Positions 1-12,224 of a stretch of 64,000 nucleotides of DNA are shown here, in pieces; within the stretch, counting starts at the first letter, position 1; the number at the start of each line of letters is the position of its first letter. The notes beneath the pieces are model-generated. The model worked only from the letters and a program-made list of their open reading frames with translations, made no database searches and was not told the origin of the DNA. The DNA comes from Marsupella aquatica (Eukaryota > Plantae > Marchantiophyta), in assembly GCA_973895155.1 (NCBI GenBank), contig OZ316892.1:22421168-22485167 (forward strand), given 5' to 3'. A program made the position numbers and the translations under genes.

Positions 1-399
1 TTTTGCACAGTTTCACATTGGCCCATACACCTCCTTTATCTCGACTGTCTGCCTCAGCTGCCCTGAGCCTGTCATCACCTGCTTAAGATAAGAAAACTAA
101 TTAGAAAATTGAATATATGAATTAGAAAATAGTTCTGAAATGTTTTTTAAAAGTAAATAAACTCTATAAATAAAGGAACTGTAGAAAATAGTTGAGTATG
201 TACACCCTATTGAGTAGAAAATATCTATGTAGACACGAGGGAGTCTACATGACACGAGGGAGTACATTTGCCCCCCTACCGGACAACAAAATTTTGGCAG
301 CAACAATCACCCAAGCAAAATTTTGCACCCATAAATGACCCAAACAGAAAGATAACACCCCGGGGTCCTCACTTCTTTTCTTCCGACCCATCACGCGCA

Positions 400-640
400 A
401 ATAAGTGTAGGGTTTTTATATTGGGTTTAGTGAAATACTTTTAAATTTTTGTTGAAGAACATTAGGGTTATTTTAATCCAATTTTGAGAATTATAAGAAT
501 CATAGGATTTTTTAAAACCAAATATTAGAATATTCTTGGAATATTCCATTAAGTTAGGGGTAAAAAAATTCCTAAAAAAAACTTTATTGACTTAACTTTT
601 AGGGTGTTTATTCCCCCAAACTTCGAGCGTGATATGAGAC
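400..640. repeat. Dispersed AT-rich repeat, copy 1 (related copies at ~4110-4330 and ~48885-49040)
   Basis: Shared blocks TAGGGTT(A/T)TT...TAGGGT(T)ATTTT(A)AATCCAA(T/A)TTTGA...TTATAAGAA...TAGAATATTC align by eye across the three loci; probably an old non-autonomous TE. Confidence 0.5.
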
Positions 641-974
641 ATCCCTTGGATTGAGGCCCCCGAGGATAACACTTATTTATCTCACTTGCAAATTTTTTTA
701 CCTCACCTTTGTGCCAGTTCATTTGAGGCTCTCCTTTCTCGTTGCACAAACTGGTTTAAATAAACTGTTTATCCTATTGTAATGACCATCATATAATTGA
801 CCACAGGTTTGGAACAACACGATGATCAATGACGACATGGTTAGAACAACATACAAGATGCTTCACTAGCTTCCTTGCCTCACCTGTATTTCTTCACCTC
901 AGCTTGACACCATGATCATAATGACCACATTCTACAATGAATGTGGAACTTTATGGTCCATTGAGCCCCAATCT

Positions 975-1250
975 GAGCATGAGGGTTCTTTTGGTCAGGT
1001 CCTCATTGAAAAGCCATGAGCATGAGGGTTCTTTTGGTCAAGTCCTCATTGAAAAGCCATGGGTTGTGTTACACCCTTGTCTTCTCGCTTGTCTTGAGGA
1101 CATGACTTAGTGCATTTCCAGCCTGTGCATTTTAGCAAACAGAGCATGAGGCTTCTTTTGGTCAGGTCCTTGTTGAAAAAGCCATGGGTTGTGTTACACC
1201 CTGGTCTTGAGCAAGGTCTTGAGGTGATGACTTAGTGCATTTTAGCAAAC
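975..1250 (+). repeat. Local tandem duplications (42-bp unit nested in a ~125-bp unit)
   Basis: GAGCATGAGG(G/C)TTCTTTTGGTCA(G/A)GTCCT occurs at ~976, ~1018 and ~1142; GGGTTGTGTTACACC...GTCTTGAGG...TGACTTAGTGCATTT occurs twice. Confidence 0.8.
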
Positions 1251-2974
1251 ACCACATGCAATCTTGAGCTAATTATAATACCTCTACTCTATATATAAAT
1301 AGAAGACTGTGCAAATGTTCATATTTTGAATGCTAAATGAAATATCCTTTAACAACTTTCAATTGATCAAAATTGTATAAAAATATTTATCTTGGACAGC
1401 ACGTGGTTCCACTGGTTTTTTGTAGTTGACCCCCAAAGACCCTGAGAGGGAACTGTTCTACCAGTGAGAGCACAAGCTTTTTCTCAAAACAAGCACTTTT
1501 CTTGTGTTCAATGAGTGTATTTGGGCTCATAATGCCCACAATCATTGCAAAAAATTTGAGAGGAATAGTGGTCATAATCTACAAAAGGGCCAAATCAAAG
1601 TACAATGAAGGGAAAACAAAACAGTTCCAAAGAGTAAAACACTAAACACTAAAAAACAGGCAAATACAACCATGAAAATCAAGAACAGGAAAAGGAAAAT
1701 AGAGGGAAAAACTACCACTACAATCATGTGATGAGCTAATAGTCCACATGCAAAAGTCTCATGAGCTAATTGTCCACATCTACCATTGCAGCTAAATCTG
1801 CAAGTGGGAAATGGATGGCCTCTAAGGGTGCAACGTACCTCAACAACTGAAGCACATTAGTACCTACACCAAAAGACCTAAGATAGAGTGCCCAAGCTTG
1901 AGCATTTGTTATGTCACTGAAAGTTGCTGAAGTGTCTGGTCAATACAAATCGTGATGGCTTAATGGAATTACCCTTCCAAGAATGTCTGAAGTTGCCTGT
2001 CAAAGAAAAAGCTCATCAAATTGATGGTGGAGTTGCCCAAATATCTCCAAAGCCATGGCCATGGGGAGGAAGCTATTTGATGAAGCTAGTGAGACATATT
2101 TTCCCCCTTTGATTGCTACCACCCATGTCACTACTGCCCTTGCCCCTGTTGTTGCTATGCCAATGGTGTCTTGGACAAAGGGTTGACCAGTACAACATCA
2201 GTCAGGGGATCTCGGCCATCACAGACCAGGAAAATCAAGCACCGTCTTCCACCTCACATGTATCAAAGTCTCTAAGTGAACGTGAGCGGTACCACTCAAA
2301 CATCATATACAACTACGGTCTTGCCACTTGTACTGCACAGAAGAATATGGACCCTTGTGGCATCACAAAACTTCTCACATGTGTAGAATACAGGTAAGTC
2401 AACATCAAAATTGTCTAAGTGTGAAACAAAGACAACATGGAGTCAATCGTAACTGAAAGTTTTTTAAATGTTGTACAAACCCGCTATCATGTAGCAACGG
2501 ATCCCCTAAAACTCTATAATCATGTGAAGAAATAATTCAGTATGTTGTCAAGCATAGTTATACACTAGGTGGACAATAACGCGGGGCACAATGGAGTTTG
2601 GTGGAAAATGTACGGTTGACCATGTAGTTAGGCACCACATGGGTACCATGTGTATGGAACCTACCAAGGGGGCCTAGTATGTAACAACATTTAATATTAT
2701 TATTATTATTATGGGGGGTGGGGGGGGGCTAGTTTGTAGCAAAAGTTTCATTAATATATAGGGCCCATCATGTAAATTTGTTTTGGCAAGGGTCCCATCC
2801 AAGGTCCTATCAAGCATACACCTTTCCTTTAGCCTGAGGTGATCCAAGGTGCTCTTCCTGGATTCAAGGAGGTTATATGATACCTAGGATTATGTTCAGC
2901 TGGTGAGTTCCCACCACATCCCACCACATGCACAGTAACTGTTATATATTTTTAGCATGCTTTGATTCACCATG

Positions 2975-3310
2975 GACACCTTTTGGGGTTGCCTCTTAAT
3001 ATCTTGTTTGGGTGCAGGATGGGGGCTGGCTCTGCTAGTCCTCTTGGTCCGCTTCAGTATGAGCTCTTTCATTTTCACCAAATCCTCACGCCTTCAGGTT
3101 GGTCTCCCCCACCCGTGCCTCTTGGCCCCCCAAGGAGTCCATATTCTTAGTGTGGTCATGGTAGTGAGATGATTGCAACTCATGATGACATCTGTGATGT
3201 GGTGGCCAACATGGGCGGCAACTGACTACGTTGTCATGATGGAGTAGTTCCATGTGCTTCCATCTTAGAATGGTGTCCCCGATCAATGACAAGCTGATCT
3301 GGCCTTTTCT
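2975..3310 (+). mobile_element. Relic of a non-LTR retrotransposon C-terminus (CRE-like, Zn-knuckle / restriction-like endonuclease region), frameshifted
   Basis: Across frames reads LLISCLGAG...FSMSSFIFTKSSRLQVGLPHP...GVHILS/CGHGSEMIATHDDICDVVA, resembling the F..ALRLRLG.P...H...C..G....RHD..RD signature of RLE-type LINEs. Confidence 0.5.
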
Positions 3311-3538
3311 TGAGCTGGTTCTTAATTTTGAGCTTTAGGCTTTTTTGCCCATTGGCTTTATGGCTCTAATTGGGTTTTCCCAGTTATGCCCTATTTTTTC
3401 TCCTTTATCTGGTTTTTGGCCTTCTTGCAATCATGTCTACTTGATGGGAATATTGTTCCATTGCAATTTAATAAACATACTTTATGGTATTTGAATCTAA
3501 AACATTGTGTATACTTTCTGATTTCATAGAGTCAAGAT

Positions 3539-3887
3539 TGTTAGGATTTACTCTTAGGTCTAGAGTAACTAAGTACTGTAGTGTAGTTAGGGCTAACCTT
3601 AGTTGTAGACTAGGTTAGGTTAGTCATGTTGTGCATACACTATACTCAAGCGGTGTTTGCTTGGAGAGTGGGGACTCAGGCTCATTGTTATGGAGCCAAT
3701 TGAGAGATAGGGAGAGCTTGTGTTGTGGATGCTTGGTATGGCCGATCGGCCTAGAGTGCAATAATGCTCTTGTGTGTTCCCATGAACGTAGCCTCATGTG
3801 GAGGTGAACCAGGTATCTCTTGGTGTTTATATTTGTGCGTTGGATGGTTCATGGGCTTGCTATTGCGATTATCATCTATGTTCAACA
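3539..3887. mobile_element. Solo LTR (349 bp), probably Copia-type
   Basis: TGTTA...CAACA termini with a perfect 5-bp TSD AAGAT (3534-3538 and 3888-3892); internal CCCATGAACGTAG...GGTGAACCAGGTA resembles a common Copia LTR motif. Confidence 0.85.
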
Positions 3888-5020
3888 AAGATTGGTTAGA
3901 AATATGCCCGGAAATATGCATTCAAGATTGATAAGGGGCTTGCCTTGTAGCATTCTTTATCTTATGATGAGCTCCTATATTCCTAGCTCTTTTCACAAGG
4001 CATTTCCTCGGATTTACTGCAAAGAACAAACTATATTGAATGGTTGTGACTTGGCTCTAGTATATTTCTTGGGGATTTCACTTCCACAAAAATGGCACAT
4101 CATGTGTGAGTAAGGATAGGGTTATTTTATTGTTAATTTCAAGGAAGGCTTAAGAATTTTCTCAGAAAAACAATAGGGTATTTTAAATCCAAATTTGAAA
4201 CTTATAAGAACATTAGGGTCCTTCTAACCACATTTTTAGAATATTCCAAGAACATGTTAACTTTATAGGGGCTGAGAAAACATTTCCTTACATTTTAGGG
4301 CGTCCAAGGCCTAAAACCGTTGTAGGTGATGGGGAGGCCTTCACATAGTGAGACTCCCCCAGGTATATTTGATTTCACATGTGGCGTGGATATTCAAAGC
4401 TCTGAATTCTTCCGCATTTCTATTTGAGAAGACATTTCTTTGATGCTTTTTTCCCAAAACAAAAAAACTTTGCTGACTAACCTAAGTACAAGTGTAAGTG
4501 AGTATATGGTTCTTATGAAGGTTTCTATGTGGAATGATTGTCAAATCTCCTTGTATTTCATTGGGAGAAAGCCAAGAGAAAATATTAACAGGTTGTTCAT
4601 TATCTTTAATTATAGAGTTAATTGTAATGTATGTTCACAGGGTAGCTTGTACCAGCCTTTTGATTGAAAGTCATATTAATTCACACACTCATAATTTTTT
4701 CCTAGGTAGGCACATGCCACCTGAATAAATAGGAGTCAGAATGTCCAAAGCAGGGTCTGTAGAAGCTCTACAAGTAGCATATGGAATTATACTTAGAGAA
4801 TTGTTTATAATTATAAGATTGAGTTATGTGTTGAATGGGTGTTTATGATTAAATATAGAGATATACTACATCAATATAGCAACCTCAAAACAATGTAGTG
4901 TTTATGATTAAAGATAGAGAAATATGACATCAATAGTTACTATATACTATTCTAAGACGTTAAGGGGAAGAATATTTGTTATTGCACTATCAATATTATG
5001 GAGATAACCTTTGTTTATAT

Positions 5021-5505
5021 TTAGACTAATACCCATGCATTGCACAAAAGATGTTGTTAAGAAAGGAGATGTCGTGTTGCCAAAGATGTTGTCAAGAAAA
5101 AAAAGTTATGTTGCCAAAGATGTTGTTAAGAAAAAAGATGTCATGTTGCCAACTTAGATATATGTTGTTATGTGAAAGATGTTATGAAGTAAGAAGATGT
5201 CATCAAGAACTATGATGTCATGTTGCCAAAGGTGTTGTGAAGAAAAAATGATGTTATGTGAAAAATGTAGTGAAGTAAAAAGATGTCGAACGTTGCGCCA
5301 AAGATGTCTTTATGTCCAAGATGGTGTTAGGTAAAATCAAGATGATGTTTCACCAAAGATGTCATTAAGTATTTTTTTTTGTTAAGTACAAAATGGTCAA
5401 TAAGGGATGTCGTTAGACAAAGATGTAAGTTGTGAAGTAAAAGATGTTCTTAAGTACAAAATATTGCTAGTAAACCATGTTAAGTTAAGTAAAAAAGTTG
5501 TTAAG
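5021..5505 (-). mobile_element. Helitron-like non-autonomous relic with a degenerate AAAGATGT-type array
   Basis: Minus strand ends TGTGCAATGCATGGG-TATTAGT-CTAA (CpG-decayed hairpin plus CTRR); the same end and AAAGATGT array recur at 41833-42315. Confidence 0.45.
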
Positions 5506-6069
5506 AACACAGTGACGGACCAAACGGGAAGTGTGACCACCCAACGAGAAGTGTGTTTTGGATTTTGTCAAAAATGGCAAAAAATCCCATAATTTTATCT
5601 AAAAAACATGAATTTTAGTAAGAATCCAAAATTGGATCCAACATCGGATTCCAACTCAGGATACTTTCTAACCAAAACTGGCAAATCTCTATAATTTTGT
5701 GATTTCCTAACACTTCATCTCTAAAATGAGAGAAAACTCCGAAACGCCTAAAACAAGGATTTCCAAGTCCTCTCTCTGAAAGATGAATCAAGGCGTCTCA
5801 AAACACACCAACAAAAAAAAACATCGATCATCAATCAAGTAGTGCAAAACAAAATGGGATACCGCGTATCCCACTTTGTATTCATTGAAAGAAAATCAAT
5901 CAAAAACATGCTAACTCAACCGTTTGATGGACACATTTAGCAGAAAGGGTAAACTGGATTTGAATATTTACTAAGCATAAAAACACCTACCACAAAACAT
6001 TTCCTCTAAACCATGGTTGATCCTCACAGTCAGTTAAGTTAACCCAAGCGCATGTTGGGGCCGGAATGC

Positions 6070-7110
6070 AATTTGAATACAAAGTTAGATCCAAGTATCC
6101 AATCTGGTATTCAACCTCAAAATACTCAATTGTTGTGCCGCACACCTGGAAATTAATTGAGGTTTGAATACCAATAGGGATCCACAGATCCAATTTTTCC
6201 AAACAGGTCCAAAAACAATCCTCTCAAAACCAAGGGTCAATACCAAATGGGATCTGCATTTGGTATTCAACTTTAAAAAAAGTGTGTTAATTGCTACAAA
6301 CAACTCGATATTGGGCTTTGAATACCATATGAGATTGACGGATCCCATGTGGTCGTCACCCCCCAAAATTAACACTTCCTATATCCATTCCCACAATATT
6401 TTGGGTCAAATATGTACCAACACGGGTCATTTTTTTAAAATACGTATGGACCAATTAGAGGACTCCACGTGGATACCTTCCCAAAAACTATATAAGAAGG
6501 AGCTCGCACATAAAGTTTTTCTTCACTTTTGTGAACTCATTGAAGGGACTCGATTAGTGAGAATAACAAAAATTGAGGATGAATACCAAATGGGATCAAT
6601 GGAATCCACTTGCCAAAATTTGCCCTTGCCGCACCTCACACCTTGATATTGAGGTTTGAATATCAACACAGATCCACGGATCCCATTTGGTATTCACCCG
6701 CCAAAATTTGCCCTTGCCACACCTCGCACCTCAATATTGAGGTTTGACTACCAACACGGATCCATGAGTCCCATTTGTCTATCCAACCCCAAAACAATTT
6801 CAGATTTTTCCTTGCTCATCACAACCTCAATCACATCCATTTTTACTCTTTCAAAATATGTAGGACCAATCAACGGACCTACCTAAACTGGAGGCAAATA
6901 CCAAGTGGTTCTGTGGACCCCACCTTAGATTCAAAGTCCCGGATTGGCCCTTGACCACAAGCCACTCATCCATTTTCACATTTGAATACCAAGTTGGATC
7001 TCATTTGGTCTTTGTAAACTTCTTATCACTCTTTGTAAAGTTCTTGATTTGTTAAATAACATGTTCTTATACCATATATGTGGTCCATGGATCCCACTTG
7101 GTAGAATATA
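6070..7110. repeat. Array of degenerate palindromes, consensus TTGAATACCAAATGGGATC-NNN-GATCCCATTTGGTATTCAA
   Basis: Copies near 6074, 6164, 6237, 6318, 6581, 6656, 6744, 6897, 6982 and 7068, mostly ~75-90 bp apart. Confidence 0.7.
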
Positions 7111-7700
7111 CAAGTTTTTATGATTTTTTCCTTTCTAGATTTATGTATCCTATTTGGTATTTCTCGTAAAGTTTTCGTCATTTGTTGATCTTTTTAGAAA
7201 TACAATATGATTTTTTGCTAGATTTTGTCTGGTCTCAGATTTTTTCTTTTTCTATTTTTGTAGCGTTGAGTGAAGCGGCTCAAGCGTCTCAAGCTCTTCT
7301 TTTAAACGGTGTCAATTATAGGGAATTTTGATAAATACCGACAAAGATATGGCTTCCAAAGAGTGAGAGCACTAGTACATATTAAGCTGATTTCCGATGC
7401 TCAATTTTTGCGAACAATCGCCGTCCGATTCTTTTAGCATCGGAAATTCTGATTATCAAAAAATGGCAATATGCCATACTCTCGGCTTCGGATATCTTCA
7501 TTTCCGATATAATTGACAACGGAACCTTTCCGATGCGTTAAAAAACGGATCATATCCGTTAGAAAACACATCGGATCCCTCAACAGAAACTTTGATTGAT
7601 ATGTCCGATGTTTTTTGTAACGAAAATGATGTGCGTTACAATATTGATCGGAAACTTTCCGTAGTTAATAAGAACGGATATTATATCCGATTGTGCTAAC

Positions 7701-7906
7701 ATGGCAAAGTCCGATGTTGAGAGAATGGGAAAGTCCGATGTTGGGAGTATGGGAAAGTCCGATGCTAGAAGAATGGGAAAGTCCGATGTTGGGAGTATGG
7801 GAAAGTCCGATGCTAGAAGAATGGGAAAGTCCGATGCTGGGAGTATGGGAAAGTCCGATGCTAGAAGAATGGGAAAGTCCGATGCTGGGAGTATGGGAAA
7901 GTCTGG
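7701..7906 (+). repeat. 24-bp tandem array (~9 copies), ATGGGAAAGTCCGATGYTRGRAGW
   Basis: Strict 24-bp period from 7701 to 7893; mirrored by the inverted array at 8752-8884. Confidence 0.95.
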
Positions 7907-7959
7907 TTATGACAAAAAGAAAATTTTTGATTGTGTTAGAATGAAAAGTTTTGATGTGT

Positions 7960-8230
7960 TAGATGGGGTATGTGGTTGCACCGACATACTCTTCCCAAAA
8001 GATGCAATCATTCTTGCATGCATGAATAACTTCATACTTGAGGCAAATGGACTTGAGTGTTGTTTTTGCCTCATTCCAAGACCCAACATATTGTTCCCTT
8101 ACGGAAATATGTGCTCAACATGCCAAGTCCAAAATACATCATCTAGAAGGAGGTTGTTTGTCCCATGTAGTCTTTGTTGCAAGTCCAACAACAACATAGT
8201 TGATAAAAGATGAGACAATCAGGAGCCATT
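7960..8230 (-). pseudogene. Remnant of the CACTA transposase N-terminal region
   Basis: Nucleotide similarity to 16040-16270 (e.g. TGCAAGTCCAACAACAACAT vs TGCAAGTTCAACAACAACAT, and the ATGCAATCATTC block), which encodes LSTIMLLLNLQQRHG...IHACVNDCILF. Confidence 0.8.
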
Positions 8231-8751
8231 GACGCTGAGGCTTTGGAAGGACCAAAATATCATCCATAACTAATAAGCCATAATTATCCCATATCAAATC
8301 TAATGAAGGAGGGCTTTACTATCGATGAATGACCCGTGCCAGATTTCTATTGGTTTCTTCTAGGGGAATGTAACAGGGTAACTAGAATAGGTCACTTGAT
8401 GCAAAGATCTAATCTCATGATAGAGAAAAATGGATCAAGAATGGGTCCAAATTATGGGTCTTAGTAAACTCACAAGTGTATAAAATCCCCAAACACTCTA
8501 AGTCAAACAACAAAAGTGCTAAGCTTGCATGTACAATGTAAGGAATAAGAACCACAAAGTTAAGCTCATGTTGGAGGAATAGCAATTGGGATGGGTGACC
8601 AATTAGTTGAGAAAATTTGAAGAGTTCACATGTCAAGGGAGATGGGCACCTAGCTCATAGTTCCAAATGAAAATAGAAACCCAATTAAAGGAAGAGATGG
8701 GTGACCTGAGCATGTCGCGTCCGCTGAAATGCATATCCCATTTTGATTGCT

Positions 8752-8884
8752 TCGGACTTTCCCATTCTCCTAGCATCGGATTTTCCCATTCTCCTAGCAT
8801 CAGACTTTCCCATTCTCTCACCATCGGACTTTCCCATTCTCCTAGCATCGGACTTTCCCATTCTCCCACCATCGGACTTTCCGA
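8752..8884 (-). repeat. 24-bp tandem array (~6 copies), inverted relative to 7701-7906
   Basis: TCGGACTTTCCCATTCTCCTAGCA period, the reverse complement of the left array unit. Confidence 0.95.
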
Positions 8885-9414
8885 TAGAAGTCCGATTGTC
8901 GATATCCGATACTATTAAAATGGCATGTTGCGATGCTAGTAGTATCGGATATATGGTTTTTCAAATTTTATTTTACAAAGGTGTCCGATGTGGAGAGAAT
9001 CGGAAAAAGGAGGTAAAATGTACTAGTGGAGTACAAACTTAAGTTTTGTAATTTAGTAATTTCACCCCACAACTTAATTTGATCATATCTTAGTCAATCT
9101 TTCATGGTTTTGGACTCTTTATGAACCAATTTAATGTGCTATGATGAAATCTTTTCAATCCACTATTTGAATTTGATTGACTTACACATAGAAACATATC
9201 AATTCTTGTCACAACTAGTGATAAAGATGTTAAATATGAATTTTAGATCATTTCAAGACTCTCAGGTAGCTAGATAGGGTCTTTGAATTTGATTTTGAAA
9301 AAATAATTGAAAGCTTAGGGGCTAAAAGTTAAGAATGACCCGATATTCACTAGCTTTGGATATATTGAATTTCTCAATTTATGGCTTTTGCGTTCAAAAG
9401 CCTCATATCCTTGG

Positions 9415-9910
9415 ATTGAATCCAAAGTGGGATATGTGGAATCCCATTTCATAATCAACTCCTGAACTTACGGCTTGTGCATTCTTACTTCTCATTGGTC
9501 TGTCATTGTGTTTATTGTGAGATACCCAATGGGATACGCGGTACCCCACTTCACATTCAACCTCTGCCTTTCAGACCTAACATGAGAGATATTCAGAGAT
9601 TGAATACCAAATGAGATACCTGGTATCCCATTTCGCATTCAACATTGGATTTTCTATCTTTTGATTCTAAAATGATTGTAATTCACCGGCTGAATCCGAG
9701 ACGGGATACGCGGTATCCCATTTTGCATTCAACATTGAATTTCTTGCATTTTGCACCTAAATGCTTCATATTCAGAGGTTGAATTTGAAGTGGGATACGG
9801 GGTATCCCACATTGCATCCAACCTCATTTTCTCACATTTATGACACCCAAATTGGATTTTTGAAGATTGAATCTCAAATGGGATACGCCATATCCTATTT
9901 GGGATTTGTC
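9415..9910. repeat. ~88-bp-period array with a 43-bp palindromic core TTGAATNNNAAATGGGATAC-NNN-GTATCCCATTTNNNATTCAA
   Basis: Cores near 9429, 9530, 9613, 9703, 9791 and 9880; isolated copies at ~5857 and ~10242. Confidence 0.8.
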
Positions 9911-12129
9911 CTCATCATTTCCAAAAAGATACATCATTCTCACCTATTCTTCCAGTTTGATTCGGGGGGGGGGATACAAATTTGCATAGAGAGTGTGGAT
10001 TCCCGAGGAGCAAGAGGATGCGGGAGTGAGAAGAAATGAGGGAAAAGATTTGAGTTGGGGCTCTCCTATTTATAGTTTCCCCTGATCATGGTCAATTTCT
10101 AATCGCAGTTTCATCGCAATCGGTTAAAAGTTACCGTTAAAAAGAATTTTCTAGGAATATTCTTGATGGGTAAACCGAACTTGCCCCTTTTACTGCATTT
10201 GTTAATTTTTTTCTTCAGAAAATCGTGGTGGGATCCGAAATGGGATATACCGTATCCCTGCTTCGGATTCAAGTCATTTTTTCTCGTTTTAAAATCTAAA
10301 ATGTGGGTTTTTAGATGGAATACCAATTCTGTATCCAATATGTTTTTGCCTTAGAATTTGTTTTCACCCTAAACACTTCTTGTATAATATACTCATTTTT
10401 CACCCTAAACACTTCTCATATAATATACTTCTCGTATAATATGTACTGCATTATGGCAACCACACTTCTCGTATAATACCACTGCATTATGGCAATAATA
10501 TACCTCTCTTCTATAATATACTTCTCGTTTGGTCCGTCACTATGTTTTAGTAAACAATGTACGTTGTTGCCACTTTTTGCCACCCCTCACTAACTCGCCA
10601 CTTGTCACTTGCCCTCATCATCTCATTGCTCTCCCTCTCGTCGCCATTCGGTAGTTGTTGTTGCTTAAAAGCCCTCATAAAATGCCAGGAGCCCCTTAAG
10701 AGCTCACATAGGCTTGGAATAGAGAGCTCCAAACTCCAAAGGGAAAGGAGCTAGGCTCCTCCCTCTAGTTGTACTTTGTTGGTACCAATGTACCTCCTTA
10801 CTGACCTTACAGGACCTCTATCCCCTTTGTACCTACCTTAGGCTCCCAAGGGTAGACTCATATGTCTGTATCTGCAGGTAACAGTACTTGTCTTGTGCAT
10901 CCTTGTGTACTTGCCTTGTGCACCAGATAAGGGCCCTATACCTGGTTTCTTCACCTCCCTCTTTTTTAATCTTCCTCTTATTGGTTCCATATTTATAGGC
11001 CTATTCCTGGTTTCGTCACCTCACTTTTTTTTTTTAATCTTCCTCTTATTGGTTCCATATTATTTTATAGGTTACAATTTTTGTTACCCAAAAGGACACT
11101 CCAAATTTGAATGACAACCACGCCACTTTTGGGTTCAACTATGTATAATAGTTTAGGATTTAGCAAACCTGACTGGCAAAAAAAAGCAAATAACCAGAAC
11201 AAAACACTTTACATGCATGCGAGCAGGTGGTATATTCGTACCGAGAATCAGATTATCACCATTTTGCTTGAAAGACTTCCTACGTACTTCAAAGGGCTGG
11301 GCAACAGTTAATAGAGAACAAAATATTGAAGGGGGGCCCAAAGTGAACACAATTGAAGATTAAACCCTACATCCTCTGTGTGGCTTTCCTGATCTGTTCA
11401 TTTTTGTTTAGTAAAGCCCTGGATTGTGGGCTATAGTAACCCCATTAATTCAGAGGTATATTATTGCCATAATGCAGTGGTAGCAAGGCATTAGTACACT
11501 TTGTTCTTGTGGCTCTGCGCTAAATCTATGAAGGGAGAAAGGTTTTTTTCTTTTTCCTTTCTCCTTAACTTTTTTCCATTTTTCCTCTCCCCCACCCTCC
11601 CTTTCTCTCCATTTTCTCTAGCTCCATCTCACCCCACTTCCTCTCTCTCCCCACCCTCTTCACCCTCCAACATTATTTGAACAAGAGAAAAAGCTGGAAG
11701 AAAAAAATAGAATTAACCCTATGGAAAAATAAATTCTATATGGCAAATTAAAGTCTAAAAAGCTCTCATACCAGTGAATGTACTTCTCATATAGGGGCTA
11801 TGTCCCCAAAAGTAAGCCATGTAAAGTACTAATTATGTACTGACATTAGTTAGAGTAATCAATACCTTGAGCCTTGTGAGTACTACCTGTATTTACATAT
11901 GGTAAAAACAAGCATAATTATGGCTTGGGCACATTTGTTTGATTTTCTGGACAATGGAAGATAAACCCAAGTTTCAGGCTAGTCAAGGTTTGAATTGGTT
12001 TATCAACAAACAACATCAAAATGCACAGCCTTTGGGTATATATCTTCGGATCCCTAAAGTACATAAAAGCACAAATTAAGAGAAATCTGGAAAAGATTTG
12101 AGAGCATAATAATTTTTTGAGTACAGCAT

Positions 12130-12224
12130 TGTGAGTACCTTATCGGCTCCAATAGCACTCATACCAAACGTACGTACTCTAATAGCACGATATACTACTA
12201 CACTACTCAGAATGGTGTGACAGC
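12130..12224 (-). repeat. 3' LTR, shared core of 95 bp (may extend to 12360)
   Basis: Matches 31688-31779 (ACCTTATCGGCTCCAATAGCACTCATACCAAACG...GGTGTGACA). On the minus strand a PPT-like AGGGGGG (12365-12371) is followed by CGAT-TGT, suggesting a longer LTR starting at 12360. Confidence 0.75.

Larger units (their letters stand above)
7370..9028. mobile_element. Non-autonomous CACTA (En/Spm) element, 1659 bp
   Basis: CACTAGTACAT...ATGTACTAGTG termini; 3-bp TSD GAG (7367-7369, 9029-9031); TCCGA/TCGGA-rich subterminal regions; internal transposase remnant. Confidence 0.95.
5508..10544. mobile_element. TIR-bounded non-autonomous DNA element (foldback-like, superfamily unresolved) carrying arrays of ~41-43-bp palindromes
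   Basis: 24-bp TIR: CACAGTGACGGACCAAACGGGAAG (5508) vs reverse complement of 10521-10544, CATAGTGACGGACCAAACGAGAAG; weaker inverted similarity extends several hundred bp inward; no convincing TSD. Confidence 0.65.

Noticed and set aside
5508-5514. Transib/RAG-type element, because the TIR starts with the RSS heptamer CACAGTG
   Set aside because: The other end reads CATAGTG, and there is no 5-bp TSD, nonamer or transposase; the evidence is insufficient
6164-6886. 160-aa and 76-aa ORFs as genes
   Set aside because: They lie in the palindrome array, start at non-ATG codons and show no protein motifs
7693-9042. ORFs with WESPML, MGKSDA or SDFPIL repeats as real proteins
   Set aside because: They are translations of 24-bp subterminal DNA arrays, open in multiple frames and on both strands
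9415-9910. CRISPR-like array of palindromic repeats with spacers
   Set aside because: The repeats are degenerate, the spacers resemble each other, there are no cas genes and the context is eukaryotic; it is a tandem repeat inside a TIR element
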